Positions 60,149-64,000 of a stretch of 64,000 nt of DNA are shown here, piece by piece (the stretch's first letter is position 1; every line of letters begins with the position of its first letter). The DNA is from the human T2T-CHM13v2.0 reference genome, Homo sapiens, in assembly GCF_009914755.1 (NCBI RefSeq), contig NC_060938.1, one strand, 5' to 3'. The notes under the pieces are model-generated. The model was not told the DNA's origin, searched no databases, and worked only from the letters and a program-made list of their open reading frames with translations. The position numbers were made by a program, and so were the translations under genes.

Positions 60149-63100
60149 TCAACTCTAGTTTTTAATCTTTGAATTCTCGTTGCATTAACACTCAGTACCA
60201 AACAGTGCCTTTCTTTATTTTTAATTAGTTTAAGTGGGTGAATATGTCTTTCCAACTAGAATTCCAATTTTCTGACAGCAAAATCCTTTTACTTCTCGCA
60301 TCTTTATTGTAGTGTGCTGTGAGTGTATCCTGGTTGATTGAAAAACTAGAAATGTTGATTCACCTGTATGTAAAAAATCCTTTTTGAGTGAATTTTAACT
60401 GCTAGAGACATTCATGAGGATGAGCTGGGACTGCAGGACAGTTTGGAACTACATTTTATTATTTTCCTGAAGAAACATTGCTGTATGAAGAGATTAACTT
60501 TAAAAAGTTCCCTCCGGCCAACTATCAGAATTGGCTTTTAGCCTTGAACTATCAAAGCAAAACTTTCAGTGTTGCCTAGAGCAGAACAGGTATTAAGTAG
60601 CAAGCAATTCAAGGTCTCTGATCCCTAGCCTGCTTCAGCTATGGGCCTGGCCAAGCCCTTTGGCAAAGATAAGTTGAATAAGGAATTTACTTTTATCTTC
60701 TCCCTCTTGGAAGTTTTATGGATTTGATTCACAAAGAAAGGGCAATAATTGAAATTTTGTGTTAGCTTCTTCTTGTTATTCACCAAGAAAAGTTAAAGTC
60801 AGGTAATGATATCAATCAAAATGTAAGTACACCTACTGCCTAAAAATAACATTGTGGTTAATTGTGTTCCATAATATTCTTGGCATACTTTGCACAAGCC
60901 CTGGAGAACAAAGCCTGAGAGCCCATGGGAAATAAAGCTCCAGTTCTTTCGGCCACTTTAAATTTAGTTCTGTGATCTTGATAAGATATCATTGTATTTA
61001 CATTGTTAGTTTCTACCAGCATTCCCTTGTATCTTCTTTTATGGCTTTTTCTATTTCTGTGCCTTTTTGTTCCTCTTCCTTATTTTCCCCCTAAAGCCAT
61101 AGGTAGAATGTTTGGTTTTAGAGTTTTATAAGAGGAGTATTTGACTTTTCCTTATAGCGATCTCAGATTTCATTAAGTTTGTGTTTTAGGATGATTTATA
61201 ATATCAGTCTATGATTTGGGCTATTATTTGCACATTTTTGGCTTTCCTGTGGCTAAACTACTGGTGTTTATATAAAAAAGATTTTTTTTTATTTATTTAT
61301 GCATGTAGGGGTTTCAGCCAAGATTCCTGTCTTTAGTACTGGAATATTTGAATTAGAGAAATTAAGAAAGTGAAAAAGGCTAAAGTTCTTGATTCTTACC
61401 TTTTATCCTTATAGTTAATGACTTATAAATATATTTCTTTGGGAAAATAAAGAATATCAATTGACTGTCACCTCAGTTAATCCCTCCAGCCTCTGCGTTT
61501 TTTCCTCTAGGTGACCTGTAAGGGCCTGCTCAATAAAGCCAGTGTGATGATGTTAGCTTTGTTGCATCTTTTAGTTTTCTTCTTTACTCATCCCACACTT
61601 CCCATACATATCCCGCTTCCCTTCCCTGGTGTGTTTAAAGGTAAAAGAAGTAAAGAAGTGGGAGAAGAGACAGTGTGAAGGAGGTGCAGAGGCAGACATG
61701 AAAAAGTGTCAGGAAGAAGTCTGAGTGTAGCCCTTAAAAGACTATTGCTTTCTCTAGCCACTACCCTATTCTGCTTTGTTCCTGTTGCCCCTACTTTAAT
61801 ATTTCTAAAAGGAGTTTAAAATAAAAATGAAATCCATTTGAATTTCAGTCTTGAACACTCAAATAAAAGTGCTTTTCTGAAAATCTACAATGATGTTTTT
61901 AAAACACCTTCCTTGATCACTCTGCTGCATTTTATGCAAAGATGAGCATTTCCTTCTGAAAAAAGGAAAAGACTTATTGACTAACTTTTGCCACATGAAA
62001 CTGTATAATCAACCTCATTTGAAAGTGCACATTTCATTTGATGGCATTTGCAAATTGTTCCTTCCCCCCACCACCAGAACTTGCAATGTGAAAATGCTTC
62101 CATATGCTAAAAGCTAGTCTACTAATTTTACTGAAGGAGAAGAAAAGAAAGTATGGCTAGCCATTTTCTAAACATGAAGCTACAGTGTGGGCAGATTTGG
62201 CAATGGGAGCCCCTCAGAGTTCACTGTAAACAACTCTGCAACCCCCAGGCCTCACTACTGTTCAAGATGAGTGTAGAAAGTTGTTTTTGCCCCACAAAAG
62301 TAAATTTTTAAAAATGCAATTGTAATGTGTATATAGTTTTAAAATATCTAAATGCAGTTAAAATATAGTATTAAACTCTGATTTCTAATAGATTTGAACA
62401 TTTTAAGTGAAGAAATACTTTTGCTTTCAGATTCTTTGTGTATCTCAAGACATTTTAATAGTTTTCAAGACATTTAAACTGAGTCTTCACTCTGGGTGGT
62501 GGGCCCCCAACCCCTAATGCGTGGCTTATAGCAATAGTTTTCTCCCTGATTTTCCTAATATTAGTCATTCTCCCTTTTAACACTGCGCTACTTGGTGCTA
62601 CTAGGATAATCTTTCATAAATAACATTATGCCTTTTCCTGTTGACTGATCTCATTTACCCTAATCTCACCAATATTTCTCCCAAATCTGATTTATAATTT
62701 TCTTTAAGGAGTCTTCGTAGTAATCCCATCTGGCCCCATTTTTCAACAGTACTTTTGAACCAAGCTTCTACTATTATTATTTTCATGTTGATTTATTAAA
62801 GTTTTTTAAAAAATTGTATTATGTCTGTTCTTTTTTTCCCAAGTAGATATCAGTGTGATGGAAACACTATCTTCTATATCTTTTGACTGGAGTCTTTTAT
62901 ACTTCTGAGTACATGATAGATGTTAAATATATACTCTGTTAATACATATTAGCAAGTTTAAAATGGTGGCTGTTTGTTTAAGTCACATAAATTATCAAAC
63001 AAAAGAGCTGAGTGATGGTACCTGCACAATGCTTAATATATAGTAGAGATGATAAAATAAATTCTACTGAAGTCTGTACTTCATCTTTTTAAAAGGTTTA

Positions 63101-63248
63101 TTGCTTAGCTTTTAGAATTAATGGTTTTATCTTTGAAATAGAGAAACAGGTCTAGGGTTCATGCAGTTATAAATAAAAATTCCTTAATTTTATTTCTATT
63201 ACTGTAGCATCTTATGCCAAAAAAAAAATATCGTAAAGAGGAAGAAGT

Positions 63249-63544
63249 GGCCAGGCATGGTGGCTCATGCCTGTGATAACAGCACTTTGGGAGGCCGAGG
63301 CAGGTGGATCACCTGAGATCAGAAGTTTGAGATCAGCCTTACCCACATGGCAAATCCCTGTCTCTACTAAAAGTACAAAAATTAGCTGGGCGTGCTGGCG
63401 GGCGCCTGTAATCCCAGTTATGGGAAGGCTGAGGCAGGAGAATCTCTTGGACCCAGGAGGCAGAAGTTGCAGTGAGCCAAGATCGCGCCATTGCCCTCCA
63501 GCTGGGCAACAAGAACGAAACTCCGTCTTAAAAAACAAAAAAAA
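63249..63544 (+). mobile_element. AluS
   Basis: Full Alu with A-rich tail. Confidence 0.93.
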
Positions 63545-63549
63545 GTGGA

Positions 63550-64000
63550 AAAAATTAGAGGACTAACATTACCTGATTTTAAGACTTATAAAGCTAGAGC
63601 AATCAAGGCAGGGTATTGGCATAAAGATAGAGAAACAGATCAGTGGGAAAGAATGGAGAGTCCAGAAACAGATTCTTATGTACATGGGCAACTAAGTTTT
63701 CACAAAGGTATAAAGGCAATTCACGGGTGAAGGGCCAAACTTTTTAACAGATGGTGCTAAAACAATTGGATATTCATGTGAAAAAATTATTTATATCACA
63801 TACCATATAAAAACTAACTCAAAACAGATCATAGACTAAAATGTAAAAACTAAAACTATAAAACTCCTTAAAGAATACATAGGGAGAAAGTCTTTGTTAT
63901 CTTGAGATAGGAAAAGATTTCTTCTATATGCCTCCGAAAGCACAACCCATAAAAGAACAAATTGATAAGTTGAACATCATCAAAATTTAAAATTTCTGCT
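63550..64000 (+). mobile_element. Old L1M ORF2 fragment (runs off the window)
   Basis: [12 protein letters not shown]...YWHKDRETDQWERMESPE. Confidence 0.85.

Noticed and set aside
59584-60165. Longest ORF (193 aa) as a gene
   Set aside because: It is a chimera of antisense L1 3' UTR and an L1 ORF2 fragment formed by the inversion; there is no promoter or splice evidence.

Overview
Primate (very probably human) non-coding DNA that is AT-rich, CpG-depleted and dense in repeats. I can support no cellular protein-coding exon, RNA gene or CpG island. The recognisable ORFs in the track are Alu, L1, THE1 or Tigger read-throughs and the rest look like chance frames. Content: 21 Alu/FLAM SINEs; several L1s (a near full-length but deleted L1MA-type element, L1PB and L1MB 3' ends, and a young L1PA3-like copy with a twin-priming inversion); a complete THE1 provirus-like element and a truncated one; solo LTRs (MSTB, MER34, MER61-like, MLT1A, MER57); a full-length Tigger1; MER6, MER5 and MER3; and ancient L2, MIR and CR1 remnants. 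Retroelements lie mostly on the minus strand, which suggests a large intron of a gene transcribed on the + strand. I could not identify that gene. I found no convincing new biological system. The most notable observations are: an inverted L1 that appears to re-use an older Alu target site; a 239-bp dispersed local duplication; a 28-bp perfect palindrome inside Tigger1; a pre-miRNA-like hairpin; a 107-bp-period tandem duplication; and two co-oriented CTCF-like motifs. Subfamily names come from remembered consensus sequences and need RepeatMasker/Dfam confirmation.
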